From Eledone cirrhosa (lineage: Eukaryota), in contig OZ024742.1 in assembly GCA_964016885.1 (NCBI GenBank), positions 311,488,001 to 311,552,000 on the forward strand: 64,000 nt of DNA, in the 5' to 3' direction. Below, piece after piece: positions 1 through 13,764 of the stretch (the first letter of the stretch is position 1; every line of letters begins with the position of its first letter). The position numbers were made by a program, and so were the translations under genes. The notes under the pieces were generated by a model that saw nothing but the letters and a program-made list of their open reading frames with translations, had not been told where the DNA came from and ran no database searches.

Positions 1-99
1 GAGGTGTGTGAGAGTGGTAATAAGGTGCTATAATAACCAAGCACCCTCACAATCATCATGTGTATAGTTGAAAGAATAAGGTGGAGGTGGTGATAAGTT

Positions 100-550
100 T
101 GAGACACTTCAGTTCACGTTCCTTCAATTAGCTCATCTGCGAAAATGAGATGTTTGGGGGAGTCGGGCTACTGACTGCGAGATTCCTATCTTCACTGGTG
201 GCTCGCCTAACCGAGATAACTGGTGAAGCTTGTGAGGGCGCTTGGTTATTCCAGCGCATCAGCCGAGCTTTATGCCGCGAGCGTGCTGGCTTAGCCTAAA
301 AATTATTAGAGGTTTCTGAGTGCTTCTCACGATACTGTTATCTTTTACTCTGGTAGTGACTCGGTTGCTCACCCCTTTCCCCTACCTTTTGTTGTATGTG
401 GTCCCAGATGTGTGCTAACCACTTCTGTGTTTTTTTTTCCTTTTCTTTCTTTATTTTTGGTTTTCCTTTTCCTTTATATTATATTTGTTTGTGCTTTTGT
501 TCTGTAAGCACTGTATTATTATATGTCTTTTTATACAACAGTGAATAAAG
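100..550 (+). mobile_element. 3' fragment of a CRE-clade non-LTR retrotransposon (end of restriction-like endonuclease plus 3' UTR)
   Basis: Translates to EMFGGVGLLTARFLSSLVARLTEITGEACEGAWLFQRIS, collinear with the C-terminus of the element at 32182-32592 (ETFGGVGPLTARFLSSLAVRLIKVTGKSCESAWLFQRIS); followed by a T-rich UTR and AATAAA. Confidence 0.8.
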
Positions 551-1395
551 ACTTATGCAGGGTGACCACAGTGTAATTCAAAGGACCAGCCTTGTCACAT
601 ATTGTGTTGCGTTGGATTGCCCCGAAAACTATGTTAAAGGTGCATGTGTCTGTGGAATGCTCAGCTAATTACAAATTAATTTCACGAGCAGGTAGTTCCA
701 TTGATTGGATCAACGTCGGAAACAACATGGACCTGTAACTCCTCATTGAGTCGTATGAGTGCTGTAGTGACATACGGCGTGTCTTGGGAATTTAAATCCT
801 GGCGGAATCCATTTCATCTCCCACCAGGTTTGAACACGGCCGATTTCTTCCAGAGAAGAGAGACAGTGTGGAAGTGAGAAAGAGATAGTAGAAGAAGAAT
901 CGAGCCCACTGCTGAACTGGTACATAGTTTTATCGACTTCGAAAGGATGAAAATTAAAGTGGACTTGGGTGATATTTGAACTTAGAGTACGGAAAATGCC
1001 GGGACGAATTCGCCGCCTTTCAAAATTATACATACCACCAAAGTGAAAGTGTATTTCGTAATTTTTGGATCCAGAACTAAATTAATATACTATTATTAAT
1101 TCGGCTCCATTTTCAACGGGCACTACAACGCTATTAGCTGTCAGTCGAAGCAGCCGATGAAAGCAAAACATCGTTTATTTACGTATTACTACCACGCGTA
1201 AGTGGAGTTACTTAAATGAAATTTTTTTTTTTCACTCGTTTTTTTTATTTTTTTTTATTAAAGCATATATATGTAAGTGGAGTTACTTAAATGAAAATAT
1301 AGGTGGCCCTTAAAAGGGCCAAATTCGAATATACCGCTGCGTTTTTACAGTTTTACTAGTTACACATACACACACATATATATATATATATATAC

Positions 1396-1476
1396 ACACG
1401 GTGTCCCCTCCAAAATATATACACACTTTGATTACTTTGCTGTTGAAGTGTGTATACATTTTTTGGGACACTGTGT
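1396..1476. mobile_element. Tiny Tc1/mariner-like palindromic MITE remnant
   Basis: CACGGTGTCCC...ATATACACACTTT and AAGTGTGTATACAT...GGGACACTGTG form an inverted pair embedded in (TA)n. Confidence 0.5.
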
Positions 1477-1477
1477 T

Positions 1478-1543
<66 letters not shown>

Positions 1544-1883
1544 GGGAAGGGAGAAATTTTCGGATGCTATACCTGACATAATAAAAAACCAAAATACACC
1601 CCTAACATTTGTCGGAATATCAATCACGAGAGTAGATAAATAAATATATAAATACATAAATAAGAAATGATAGAAAAGGAAAAAAAAAATCCCTACATTA
1701 TGTAATATTCCCAGTCACCCCTAAATTTCAAAACCGGGAGGGAAAAGTCCGAGGGTTAAAATCCCAAATGATGGTACCTCAAATACTAGTGTATCCCTTT
1801 GCATTACAGTTTAAAGCAATACATGTGATCGCTTTGATGACTCTTATTCGTTTCTAAGGGTCTCATTTTTTTCTCTTCTTTCT

Positions 1884-1945
<62 letters not shown>

Positions 1946-2032
1946 AAAATCTTTCCCTCTGTCTATCTTTTTCCCTCTCTGTCTATCTTTTGCCATAAAA
2001 ACGATAATGATAATCAATTCAATTAAGAAATA

Positions 2033-2084
<52 letters not shown>

Positions 2085-3426
2085 GACAGGGGGGAAGAAA
2101 AAAAGAAAAAAATGGCTTCACTTGTGCTTTCAACAAATTTATTTTCTTCACAAAATCCCAAAAGAATTTTTTTCCGGATTAGAAAAAATGTTTTCTTAAA
2201 AAAAAATATTTTATAAATTAAGTTGTTGGTTGTTGGTTCTTGGTTAACGTAGGAGGTATTGTTTCGTTTTTAGAAAGACCTTTCACGCTGAGGTGCGCTT
2301 GTCAAACTGATGTGTATGTGGTGTGTTGTTCTATATATAGGGATTTAACATGTCTGTGGTGTGGTGGGTTTTTTTTTCTCCCCCTTTAATAAGTGTAGGG
2401 GTGTAGGTGTGTTGAAAAAGTGTTAATAGCAGTAATGAGTTGAGACGGTGAGTAGGGTTGGGTGGGGAGAAATGTAGCAAGTGCGGCCTGCCCCGGTCAT
2501 TCTCGAAAAATTCCTTTATTCAGGGGAAAAAGCTTTTAGTATTCCTTTGTGTTGAGAATGGTCATAGGCAAACCTATGTGTACACGTGTGTGTGTGTGTA
2601 TGTGTGCGTGTATGTGTATATATGTATATTTAGTTATGTATCTTTATGTGTGTATATGTATGTATATGTATGTATATATATATATATACCCATGTGGAGG
2701 TATGAGTACATATTCGTGTGTGTACGTATGTGTATATGTGTTTTTATATGTGTCTTTATATGTTTTTATGTATGTATGTGGATGTATATGTACATGGGTG
2801 TGTGATTGATGGTGTGTGCCTATATATTCCTACATATGCCCGTGTGTGTATGCACGTATATACGCACATATGTGTGTGTTGAACAAAGGACTAATTTTGG
2901 GATGGACGTAGAAAAATTCTTCAGAAAAAAATAATTGTTTACAAACTTGGCAGGTGCGGTTTGCCTATGACCATTCTCAACACAAAGGAATACTAAAAGC
3001 TTTTTCCCCTGAATAAAGGAATTTTTCGAGAATGACCGGGGCAGGCCGCACTTGCTACATTTCTCCCCACCCAACCCTACTCACCGTCTCAGCTCATTAC
3101 TGCTATTAACACTTTTTCAACACACCTACACCCCTACACTTATTAAAGGGGGAGAAAAAAAAAACCACCACACCACAGACATGTTAAATCCCTATATATA
3201 GAACAACACACCACAGCGTGAAAGGTCGTTCTAAAAACGAAACAATACGTCCTACGTTAACCAAGAACCAACAACCAACAACTTAATTTATAAAATAATT
3301 TTTTTTAAGAAAAATTTTTTTATAATCCGGAAAACAATTCTTTTGGGATTTTGTGAAAAAATAAATTTGTTGAAAGCACAAGTGAAGCCATTTTTTTATT
3401 TTTTTATTTTTTTCTTCCCCCCTGTC
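2085..3426. mobile_element. Foldback element with ~480-bp inverted arms and TTAA flanks (Kolobok-like)
   Basis: Arms 2085-2574 and 2958-3426 are near-identical reverse complements (both strands give the ORF start MGGEKCSKCGLPRS); TTAA at 2081-2084 and 3427-3430; termini begin GA; TG/TA-rich spacer. Confidence 0.75.
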
Positions 3427-3794
3427 TTAATATACCTAACTGTACCAAGGATTACACACATTTTCCAATATATATATATATATATTATTAGTATTATTAT
3501 TAAAATTAAATACCATTTATTCTGCGGCAGAGAGCTTCATCTTCTCCATCATTCGCTCCTCCAGAATCGTAGTACTCGTCGTTATTGTATGTGTGTGTTT
3601 CTGCGTATATATATATATATGTGGTGTGTATGTGTTTGTGTGTATATGTATATATGTTTGCGATCGCCACTCTCGCCCTTCGTGAGGAGAATGCTGTGTA
3701 CGTATGTATATATATATGTGTGTATGTGTGTGCTTGGAATATTTACCAATGGTTGGTATATCGATGAACCTCTGATAGGCTTATACAGAATTAA

Positions 3795-3945
3795 TTGTTT
3801 CTACTTTAGGCACAAGGCCAGCAATCATCCAGTGCATTACTGGTACTTTATTTTATCGACCCAGTAAGGATGAAAGGCAAAGTCAACCTCGGCGGGATTT
3901 GAACTCAGATCGTAAAGGGACGTAACTATGCTGGAAAGCATGGAG
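3795..3945 (-). mobile_element. tRNA-derived SINE with Meta-domain-like core (other copies near 915-1030, 25136-25305, 30750-30932, 50980-51120, 58450-58655, 61590-61785, 63565-63750)
   Basis: On the minus strand: B-box GAGTTCAAATCCC then GTTGACTTTGCCTTTCATCCTTAC..GGTCGATAAAATAAAGTACCAG; recurs many times in the window. Confidence 0.75.
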
Positions 3946-4439
3946 GCTTATACAGAATTAATGGATCTCGTATCGGTTCCTTTCGTTCGATCACCAAGAA
4001 CTACCCACACATTTGAATTTATAATGTAAATGGTTAAATGTTTCACAAACACTTGTACTCCCTTACTTTAACATACCCCTCCCCCATATACACATACTAT
4101 GTGGGCACTCAGTTTGCTAGAAATAACAGCCAATTCTTTCCACCCACCTTAAAAAAAATATTAAGAAAGAACACGATGTTCGATAATGTACTTACTAGAT
4201 ACACCTAAAACGACGGGATGGTCGTGGCTGGAATACCGTTGATCATAATGGAATTCTATGGTTTAGTCAAGGTTGACCTAGGGCTAAACAACAACAATAA
4301 CGTAATCCCCAAGCAGAATCTATAAACAGACTAAAAAACAGCTTGTAAAAAAAGAATGATATGTATCTGATAAAGAGGTAGGAAGCAGCTAGTATTGATA
4401 TACAACAGGGTATTATATATATATATTCCAGTTCCTCAG

Positions 4440-5880
4440 TGAAGACGCTAACGTAAACGATGACGCAGACGCTAATGTAAACGATGACGTAAACGCTGAT
4501 ACAGACGCAAATGTAAACGCTGACACTGATGTAGATGTAAATACAGACGCTGACATAGAAGCTAACACAGACACTAATGTAAGCGCTGACGTAGAAGCCA
4601 ATGTAGATGCTGACGTAGAAGCTAACGTAAACGATGACGTAGATGTTAACGTAGACGCTGACGTAGATGCTGACGTAAAAGCTAACGTAAACGCTGACGT
4701 AGAAGCTAACAAAACGCTGACGTAGTTGTTAACGTAGAAGCAGGCGTAGAAGTTAGCGTTTACCCTTACCGCCGAAGCTGATCTCCAAAACGCAATTGCT
4801 GATGCGGATTGCTGAAGCCAAAGCCAAGCTAACGCTGACGCAAATGTTGAGGCAGTTTTGCCGGCGCTGACGTGTATGCTGACGCTAACGCAAATGCTGA
4901 TGCAGACGCTAGGGCTAAGGCTAACGCTAACGCTGACGCAAATGCTGAAGTTAACGCTTACATGGGATATGCAGACGCTGCAATGATGCGGACGCCACAG
5001 GAAAGGTTAATGGAAACGCCAATGCTAACGAAACTCTGACGTAGACGTTACGGAAACACTGACGTAGAAGCTAACGTAAACGCTGACACAGACGCTAACA
5101 TAAACACTGACGTTAACGGAAACACTGACGCTGATGTAGATGTAAATACTGACGCTGACACAGACGAGGTGGGAAACGCTGACGTAGAAGCTAACGGAAA
5201 CACTGACATAGATGCTAACGGAAATGCTGACATAGAAGCTAACGTACACGCTGACACAGACGCTAGCGAAATGCTGACAAAGACGTTAAAGGAAACGCTG
5301 TCGCAAACGCTAATGCTAATGTGAATGCTGATGCAGATGCTGACACAAATGCTAACCCCTACACAAATGCAAACGCTGATGCTAACACTGACTCAAACAC
5401 TAATGCAAACGCTGACACTGAGGGAAATGCTGACACTGACACAAGTGCTGACGCGGACGCTAATGATAATGCTGACTCAGAAGCTGACGTAGACACAGGC
5501 ACTGAAACAAACACTAATGCTAACACTAATGTTGACTCAGACGCTAAGGGAAATGCTGACACAATCACTATCACCAATGCAGACGCTGACGCAAATGCTG
5601 ACATAGATGCTGACACTTACGCCAACACTAAGGCTAATCCAAACACTAACGCATATGCTAACACCAATCCACATAGACACTAACACAAAAGCTTACATAG
5701 ACGCTTATGCAAATGCTAACGCTGATGCAGACAGTAACGCAAACAGTAACTGTAAGAGTAACAGTTACAGTAACACTAACAGTGACAGTAATGCTAACAG
5801 TAACACAGTCACTAACAATAAACTTACCATTAACAGTAAAACTTACCCTAACACTAACCCTAAATCTAACATTAACCCAG
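4440..5880 (+). repeat. Degenerate hexamer-periodic array (GACGCT/AACGTA/AACACT/AACAGT grading to TAACCC)
   Basis: Clear 6-bp periodicity giving dipeptide-like pseudo-ORFs in several frames; ends in ACCCTAACACTAACCCTAAATCTAACATTAACCC. Confidence 0.8.
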
Positions 5881-5989
5881 AGAAAAAAGTCATTTGCAAT
5901 CACATTTAAGGTCACTCTTTAAGATATAGAAGATAGGCATTACATTTTAATGATTTTAATTTAAAGAGAATCGCGCTATACGATGCAAC

Positions 5990-8900
5990 ACAATAACACA
6001 CCACACCACACTAACCTACACTACACCAAACCAGATTATACCATACCTTGGTAAATTTATGATAGGTTTCCATGTTATAACTACACCAAACTAAACCATA
6101 CCAAACTACAACAAACCAAACCACACCATAACTACACCATACTACATCACACCATGCTATTGAACTCAGTGTGAAAAAGTTTCTTCCTGCTTTTTTTGTC
6201 TTTTTTGTGTGTGTGTGCTTACCACCCAATCTGACATTAAAAGTGTTCGCAATTAACTATTATTTGCACATATTATCAATGAAGACTTTGAAACCTGTTG
6301 AAAATGACTAGCTTTGTAGAAAAAAGAGGGCGGAAAGTGGGTGGAAATACCATTCACAAAGCTTGTCATTTTTTATTGCAGTGAAAGTCATATTTGTTGT
6401 TAATATGGTAATGGAGGCACATGGCTTAGTGGTTAGAGCATTGGCCTTGCAATCGAAAGGTTGTGAGTTCAATTCTCAGACCAGGTGGTGTGTTCTTTCC
6501 TTGAGCAAGACACTTTATTTCACATTGCTCCAGTTTACTCAACTGTAGAAATGAGATGATAGGGACTGAGGTCCCTATCATTCCACTGCAAAGTGGTCGT
6601 GTAGGTGCCACAGCAAAAACCACCCAGCACTCACTGTAAATGAGGTTGGTGTTAGGAAGGGCATCCAGCAGTAGAAATCAAGCCAGAATCAGTTCCCGTC
6701 CCACCCTTGCAAGCAGGGAAAAGTGGACATAAAATGATGATGATGGTAAAAGCATAGTCGGCTGTGAGCATGTTGGAGGTTGGAAAACCATACCACATTA
6801 AACTACATCAAACTACACCATACCAAACTACACCATTCTACATCACATTTTTTTCTGTGTGTGTGTGTGTGCTTACCACCCAATCTGATATCAAAGGTGC
6901 TCACAAATGACTATTTTTTTACACATATTCAATGTATATAACATGGAAACCTATCATTTGCAATAGGTTCCCATGTCATAACTACAACAATCCAAACCAC
7001 ACCATAACAAACTACACCATTCTACATCACACCATGCTTTTGATCTCAGTGTGAAAAATTTTCTTCCTGTTTCTTTTTTTTATTTGTGTGTGTTCTTACC
7101 ACCCAATCTGACATCAAAGGTACTGCAATTGACTATTTTTCGCACATATTATCAATAATTATGACATGGAAAACTGTCTAAAATGACTAGCTTTGTAGAA
7201 AAAAGAGGGAGGATGTGGGTGGAAATAACATTTACAAAGCTAGTCATTTTTTATTGCAGCGGAAGTCATATCTTTTTTTAATATAGTAAAAGCATAGTCC
7301 ACTGCGAGCATCTTGGAAGTTGTATTAGTTGATAGCACATGCAAAAGTGAAGGAAAAAAATGTTTCTTACATAAATCAAATTGGAAATTTAATTCCTTAC
7401 TTATAACAAAGCACACCACAGCACATTAATCTACCCCAAACCACACCATATCAAACAGCACCATACTATGGTAAATTTATTACAGAACACCTACTCCTAT
7501 CATTTACATCACACCATGGTATGGACATCAATATGACAAATTTGCTACCTGTTTTTTTTTTTTGTGTGGTTACCACGCAAACTAACATCAAAGGTGCTTG
7601 CAAATGACTATTTTCCCACATTAACAATGAATATGACATGGGAATCTATCGTTTAGAATTGGTTTCCATTTCATAATTTCACCAAACCAGACCACACCAT
7701 ACCAAGTTACACCATACTACATCACACCAAGCTATTGATTTTGGTGTGAAAAGTTTTCTTCCCGTTTCCTTTTTTTTTGTGTGTGTGTGCTTACCACCCA
7801 ATCTGACATTAAAGGTGCTCCCAATTGACTATTTTTTTTTCAATAATTATGACATGGAAACCTGTCGAAAATGATTATCTTTGTAGAAAATTCACCAAAC
7901 CACGCCATACTAGATCACACCAAGCTATTGATTTTGATGACAAATTTTCATCTTGCATTTTTTTTTTTTTTTTTGTGCTTACCACCCAATTTAACATAAA
8001 TGGTGCTCGCAAATTACTATTTTATGCACATATTATCAATGGTTATGACATGGAAACCTGATGAAAATGACTAGCTTTGTAGAAAAAAGAGGGAGGATGT
8101 GGGTGGAAATACCATTTACAAAGCTGGTCATTTTTTATTGCAGAGGAAGTCATATTTTTTGTTAATATGCTAAAAGCATAGTCCACTGCGAGCATCTTGG
8201 AAGTTGATAGCATATGCAAAAATGAAGGAAATTTTTTTTTTCTAACGTAAATCAAAGTGGAAATTTAAATCCTCACTTATAACAAAGCACACCACAGCAC
8301 ATTATTCTACCCCAATCCACACCATAACCATACTTCACTATATGGTAAATTTATTACAAAACACCTACTCCTACCATTTACATCACACCATGGTATGGAC
8401 ATCAATGTGACAAATTTGCTACCTGCTTTTTTTTTTTGTGGTTACCACCTCAAACTAACATCATAGGTGCTTGCAAGTGACTATTTTCCCCACACAATAT
8501 CAATGAATATGACATGGGAATCTATCGTTTACAATTGGTTTCCATTTCATAACTTCACCAAACCAAACCAAACCACACCATACCAAGTTACACCATACTA
8601 CATCACACCAAGCTATTGATCTTGGTGTGAAGTATTTTCTTCCCGTTTCCTTTTTTTGTGTGCTTACCACCCAATCTGACATTAAAGGTGCTCCCAATTT
8701 ACTTTTTTTTTCACATATCAATAATTATAACATGGAAACCTGTCGAAAATGACTATCTTTGTAGAAACTTCACCAAACCACACCATACTACATCACACCA
8801 AGCTATTGATTTTGGTGTGACAAATTTTCATTTGGCACTTTTTTTTTTTTTTTTTGTGCTTCCCACCCAATTTGACATAAATGGTGCTCGCAAATTACTA

Positions 8901-11900
8901 TTTTATGCACATATTATCAATGGTTATGACATGGAAACCTGATGAAAATGACTAGTTTTGTAGAAAAAAAAGGGAGGATGTCGGTGGAAATACCATTTAC
9001 AAAGCTAGCCATTTTTTATTGCAGCGGAAGTCATATTTTTTGTTAATATGCTAAGAGCATAGTCCACTGCGACCTTCTTAGAAGTTGATAGCACATGCAA
9101 AAATGAAGGAAAAATTTTTTTTCTAACATAAATAAAAGTGGAAATTTAAATCCTCACTTATAACAAAGCACACCACAGCACATTAATCTACCCCAATCCA
9201 CACAATATACTTCACCATAACCATACTTCACTATATGGTAAATTTATTACAGAACACCTTCTCCTACAATTTGCATCACACCATGGTATGGACATCAATG
9301 TGATAAATTTGCTACCTGCTTTTTTTTTTTTTTGAGGTTACCACCTCAAACTAACATCAAAGATGCTTGCAAATGACTATTTTCCCACACATTAACAATG
9401 GATATGACATGGGAATCTATCGTTTACAATTGGTTTCCATTTCATAACTTCACCAAACCGAACCAAACTACACCATACCAAGTTACACCATACTACATCG
9501 CACCAAGCTATTGATCTTGGTGTGAAAAATGTTCTTCCCATTTCCTTTTTTTTGTGTGTGTGCTTACCACCCAATTTGACATTAAAGGTGCTCCCAATTA
9601 ACTATTTTTTTTTTCCACTTATCAATAATTATGACATGGAAACCTGTCGAAAATGACTATCTTTGTAGAAAGTTCACCAAACCACACCATACTACATCAC
9701 ACCAAGCTATTGATTTTGGTGTGAGAAATTTTAATTTGGATTTTTTTTTTTTTTTTTTTGGTGCTTACCACCCAATTTGACATACATGGTTCTCACAAAT
9801 TACTATTTTATGCACATATTATCAATGGTTATGACATGGAAACCTGATGAAAATGACTAGCTTTGTAGAAAAAAGAGGGAGGATGTCGGTGGAAATACCA
9901 TTTACAAAACTAGCCATTTTTTATTGCAGCGGAAGTCATATTTTTTGTTAATATGTTGAAAGCATAGTCCACTGCGAGCATCTTGGAAGTTGATAGCGCA
10001 TGCAAAAATGAAGGAAAAACATTTTTTCTAACATAAATCAAAGTGGAAATTTAAATCCTCACTTACAACAAAGCACACCACAGCACATTAATCTACTCCA
10101 ATCCATACCATAACCATACTTCACTATATGGTAAATTTATTACAAAACACCTACTCCTACCATTTACATCACACCATGGTATGGACATCAATGTGACAAA
10201 TTTGTACCTGCTTCTTTTTTTTGTGTGGTTACCACCTCAAACTAACATCAAAGATGCTTGCAAATGACTATTTTCCCACACATTATCAATGAATATGACA
10301 TGGGAATCTATCGTTTACAATTGGTTTCCATTTCATAACTTCACCAAACCAAACCAAACCACACCATACTAAGTTACACCATACTACATCGTACCAAGCT
10401 ATTGATCTTGGTGTGAAACATTTTTTTCCCGTTTCCTTTTTTTTCTGTGTGCTTACCACCCAATCTGACATTAAAGGTGCTCCCAATTTACTTTTTTTTT
10501 TCACATATCAATAATTATGACATGGAAACCTGTCGAAAATAACTATCTTTGTAGGAACTTCACCAAACCACACCATACTACATCACACCAAGCTGTTGAT
10601 TTTGGTGTGACAAATTTTCATTTGGCATTTTCTTTTTTTTTTTGTGTGCTTACCACCCAATTTGACATAAATGGTGCTTGCAAATTACTATTTTATGCAC
10701 ATATTATCAATGGTTATGACATGGAAACCTGATGAAAATGACTAGCTTTGTAGAAAAAAGAGGGAGGATGTGGGTGGAAATACCATTTACAAAGCTAGTC
10801 ATTTTTTATTGCAGCGGAAGTCATATTTTTTGTTAATATGCTAAAAGCATAGTCCACTGCAAGCATCTTGGAAGTTGATAGCACATGCAAAAATGAAGGA
10901 AAAATTTTTTTTCTAACATAAATCAAAGTGGAAATTTAAATCCTCACTTATAACAAAGCACACCACAGCACATTAATCTACCCCAATCCACACCAGAACC
11001 ATACTTCACTATATGGTAAATTTATTACAAAACACCTACTCCTACCATTTACATCGCACCATGGTATGGACATCAATGTGACAAATTTGCTACCTGCTTC
11101 TTTTTTTTGTGGTTACCACCTCAAACTGACATCAAAGATGCTTGCAAATGACTATTTTCCCACACATTATCAATGAATATGACATGGGAATCTCTCGTTT
11201 ACAATTGGTTTCCATTTCATAACTTCACCAAACCAAACCAAACCACACCATACCAGGTTACACTATACTACATCACACCAAGCTATTGATCTTGGTGTGA
11301 AAAATTTTTTTCCCGTTTCCTTTTTTCTTTTTCTGTGTGCTTACCACCCAATCTGACATTAAAGGTGCTCCCAATTTACTTTTTTTTCACATATCAATAA
11401 TTATGACATGGAAACCTGTCGAAAATGACTATCTTTGTAGAAACTTCACCAAACCACACCATACTACATCACACCGAGCTGTTGATTTTGGTGTGACAAA
11501 TTTTCATTTGGCATTTTCTTTTTTTTTTTGTGTGCTTACCACCCAATTTGATATAAATGGTGCTTGCAAATTACTATTTTATGCACATATTATCAATGGT
11601 TATGACATGGAAACCTGATGAAAATGACTAGCTTTGTAGAAAAAAGAGGGAGGATGTGGGTGGAAATACCATTTACAAAGCTAGTCATTTTTTATTGCAG
11701 CGGAAGTCATATTTTTTGTTAATATGCTAAAAGCATAGTCCACTGCGAGCATCTTGGAAGTTGATAGCACATGCAAAAATGAAGGAAAAATTTTTTTTCT
11801 AACATAAATCAAAGTGGAAATTTAAATCCTCACTTATAACAAAGCACACCACAGCACATTAATCAACCCCAATCCACACCATATACTTCACCATATGGTA

Positions 11901-12190
11901 AATTAATTACAGAACACCTACTCGTACAATTTACATCACACCAATGCTCGCAGTTGACTATTTTTTTCACATATTATGAATGAATATAACTTTGAAACCT
12001 AGCGTCAATGATTAACTTTGTAGAAAAATGAAGGCAGAAAGTGGGTGGGAAAACCATTCACAAAGCTAGTCATTTTTAATTGCAGTGGAAATCATATTTG
12101 TTGTTAATATGCTAAAAAAATAGTCAATTGCAAGCATTTTGGAGGGCAGATTAGTTGATCGGACATAAAAAAACAAAGGAAAACAAATAT
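5990..12190. repeat. Tandem array of ~885-bp units (about 7 copies) built from diverged internal subrepeats
   Basis: Marker AAAATGACTAGCTTTGTAGAAAAAAGAGGG recurs at about 6300, 7180, 8064, 8945, 9850, 10735 and 11620; CTTACCACCCAAT..GACAT..AA.GGTGCT recurs about three times per unit. Confidence 0.9.
6411..6745 (+). mobile_element. tRNA-derived SINE with RTE-type 3' tail, inserted in the first satellite unit
   Basis: A-box TGGCTTAGTGG, B-box GAGTTCAATTC, CTTGAGCAAGACAC core, GGTTGGTGTTAGGAAGGGCATCC tail ending (ATG)n; ATGGTAA duplicated on both sides. Confidence 0.85.
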
Positions 12191-12500
12191 TGTCTATATG
12201 TTCCTTTGGAAAGTCGGGTCTTCTGTATTACTGTGTGATGCCAGAGGTCATGGTCGTGTGTCATTGCCCTTGAGAGGTGCAATTGGGAAAGGTCGGCTCA
12301 GAAATATTTACTTCTGCGTTCACAGATTGATTTTTTTTAGTTTCAGAAGATCCCATTAAGGGTGAAAACAGCCGATTCTTTGCTTAAACTTTAATCTGTT
12401 ATTTTAATAAATATTTGCTCTACGGTTCTTATATATTTGATATATATTTATCCTTATTGAGCCCTCTTTGGATTTTAGTCTTCATATGTATTATTAATAC

Positions 12501-12589
<89 letters not shown>

Positions 12590-12629
12590 TAGTTTATATA
12601 TATGTGTGTATATATATATACATACGTAT

Positions 12630-12968
12630 TGAGAGCATTGGCCTTGCAATCGAAAGGTTGTGAGTTCAATTCTCACACCGGGTGATGTGTTGTTTCCTTG
12701 AGCAAAACACTTTATTTCACATTGCTCCAGTTTACTCAGCTGTAGAAATGAGATGATAGGACAGTGGTCGTGGAGGTGCCACGGCAAAAAAGCACCCAGC
12801 CCACACTGTAAAGTGGATGTGGAGGTGCCACGGGAAAAAAGCACCCAGCACTCACTATAAATGAGGTTGGTGTTAGGAAGGGCATCCAGCTGTAGAAATC
12901 AAGCCAGAATCAGTTCCCGTCCCACCCTTGCAAGCAGGGAAAAAGTGGACGTAAAATGAAATGATGAT
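12630..12968 (+). mobile_element. 5'-truncated copy of the same tRNA-SINE family
   Basis: Collinear with 6435-6745. Confidence 0.8.
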
Positions 12969-12969
12969 G

Positions 12970-13300
12970 AATGCTCCCAGCTTTGGTCACCCCATAGTAT
13001 CAAACTAACCATGGAGCTTGAAGCAATCCAATGAAGCTACACCAAGGAGGTTGCCACGATGAAGGAGATAAACTACTGGGAGAGTCTAAAAGAACTGAAA
13101 CTCTACTCCTCGGAATGAAGATGGGAGAGATATGCAATGATATACATATGGAAAATCCTGGGGGACTAAGACCAAACTTTCGCATTGAGAGCTGGACCAA
13201 TTCTCGAACAGGACGTCACTGTGTGGTACCAAAGGTCCCATCTTCCACATCTAGAATCAGGAACAGCTATTCCAATAGCCTGGGGTTCAAAGGCCCTCAA
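12970..13300 (+). mobile_element. CR1/L2-group LINE 3' ORF2 fragment
   Basis: YWESLKELKLYS...RTGRHCVVPKVP...NSLGFKGPQL; homologous to 14297-14728 and 53460-53700. Confidence 0.75.
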
Positions 13301-13377
13301 CTTGGTTTTCAAAATTTAAATTTGTGTTTCCTATTCATCAATGCTTCAAGCAAGCTATAAAATTCTGTTATATTTCA

Positions 13378-13760
13378 TCATCATCATTTTATGTCAGTTC
13401 TTCTACGCTAGCATGGGTTGTCCTGTTGTGGGCAGTGTCCGGTCGGCTGACCTTGTCTTGCTCATACGGGAACTGATTCTGTCTTGATTTCTACAGCTGG
13501 ATGCCCTTCCTAACACCAACCTCATTTACAGTGAGTGCTGGGTGTTTTTTTTTTTTTTTGGCCCTGGCACCTCCACGACCACTTTGCAGTGGAATGATAG
13601 GGACCCCAGTCCTATCATCTCATTTCTACAGCTGAGTAAACTGGAGCAATGTGAAATAAAGTGTCTTGCTCAAGGAAACAACACATCACCCGGTCCGAGA
13701 ATTAAACTCACAACCTTTCAATTGCAAGCCCAATGCTCTAACCACTGAGCCATGTGCCTT
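13378..13760 (-). mobile_element. tRNA-derived SINE, reverse orientation
   Basis: Reverse complement of the 6411/51907 family, with (CAT)n tail at 13375. Confidence 0.8.
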
Positions 13761-13764
13761 CTAT

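Noticed and set aside
1121-1128. CACTA (En/Spm) terminus CACTACAA
   Set aside because: The inverted repeat extends two bases further out (GG/CC) and the duplication is 8 bp, not 2-3 bp.
1310-3867. Tyr/Ile/Val/Cys-rich ORFs
   Set aside because: Products of (TA)n and (TG)n microsatellites and the foldback arms.
6415-6485. tRNA gene
   Set aside because: tRNA-like A and B boxes run directly into a SINE core and tail repeated many times; no proper acceptor stem.
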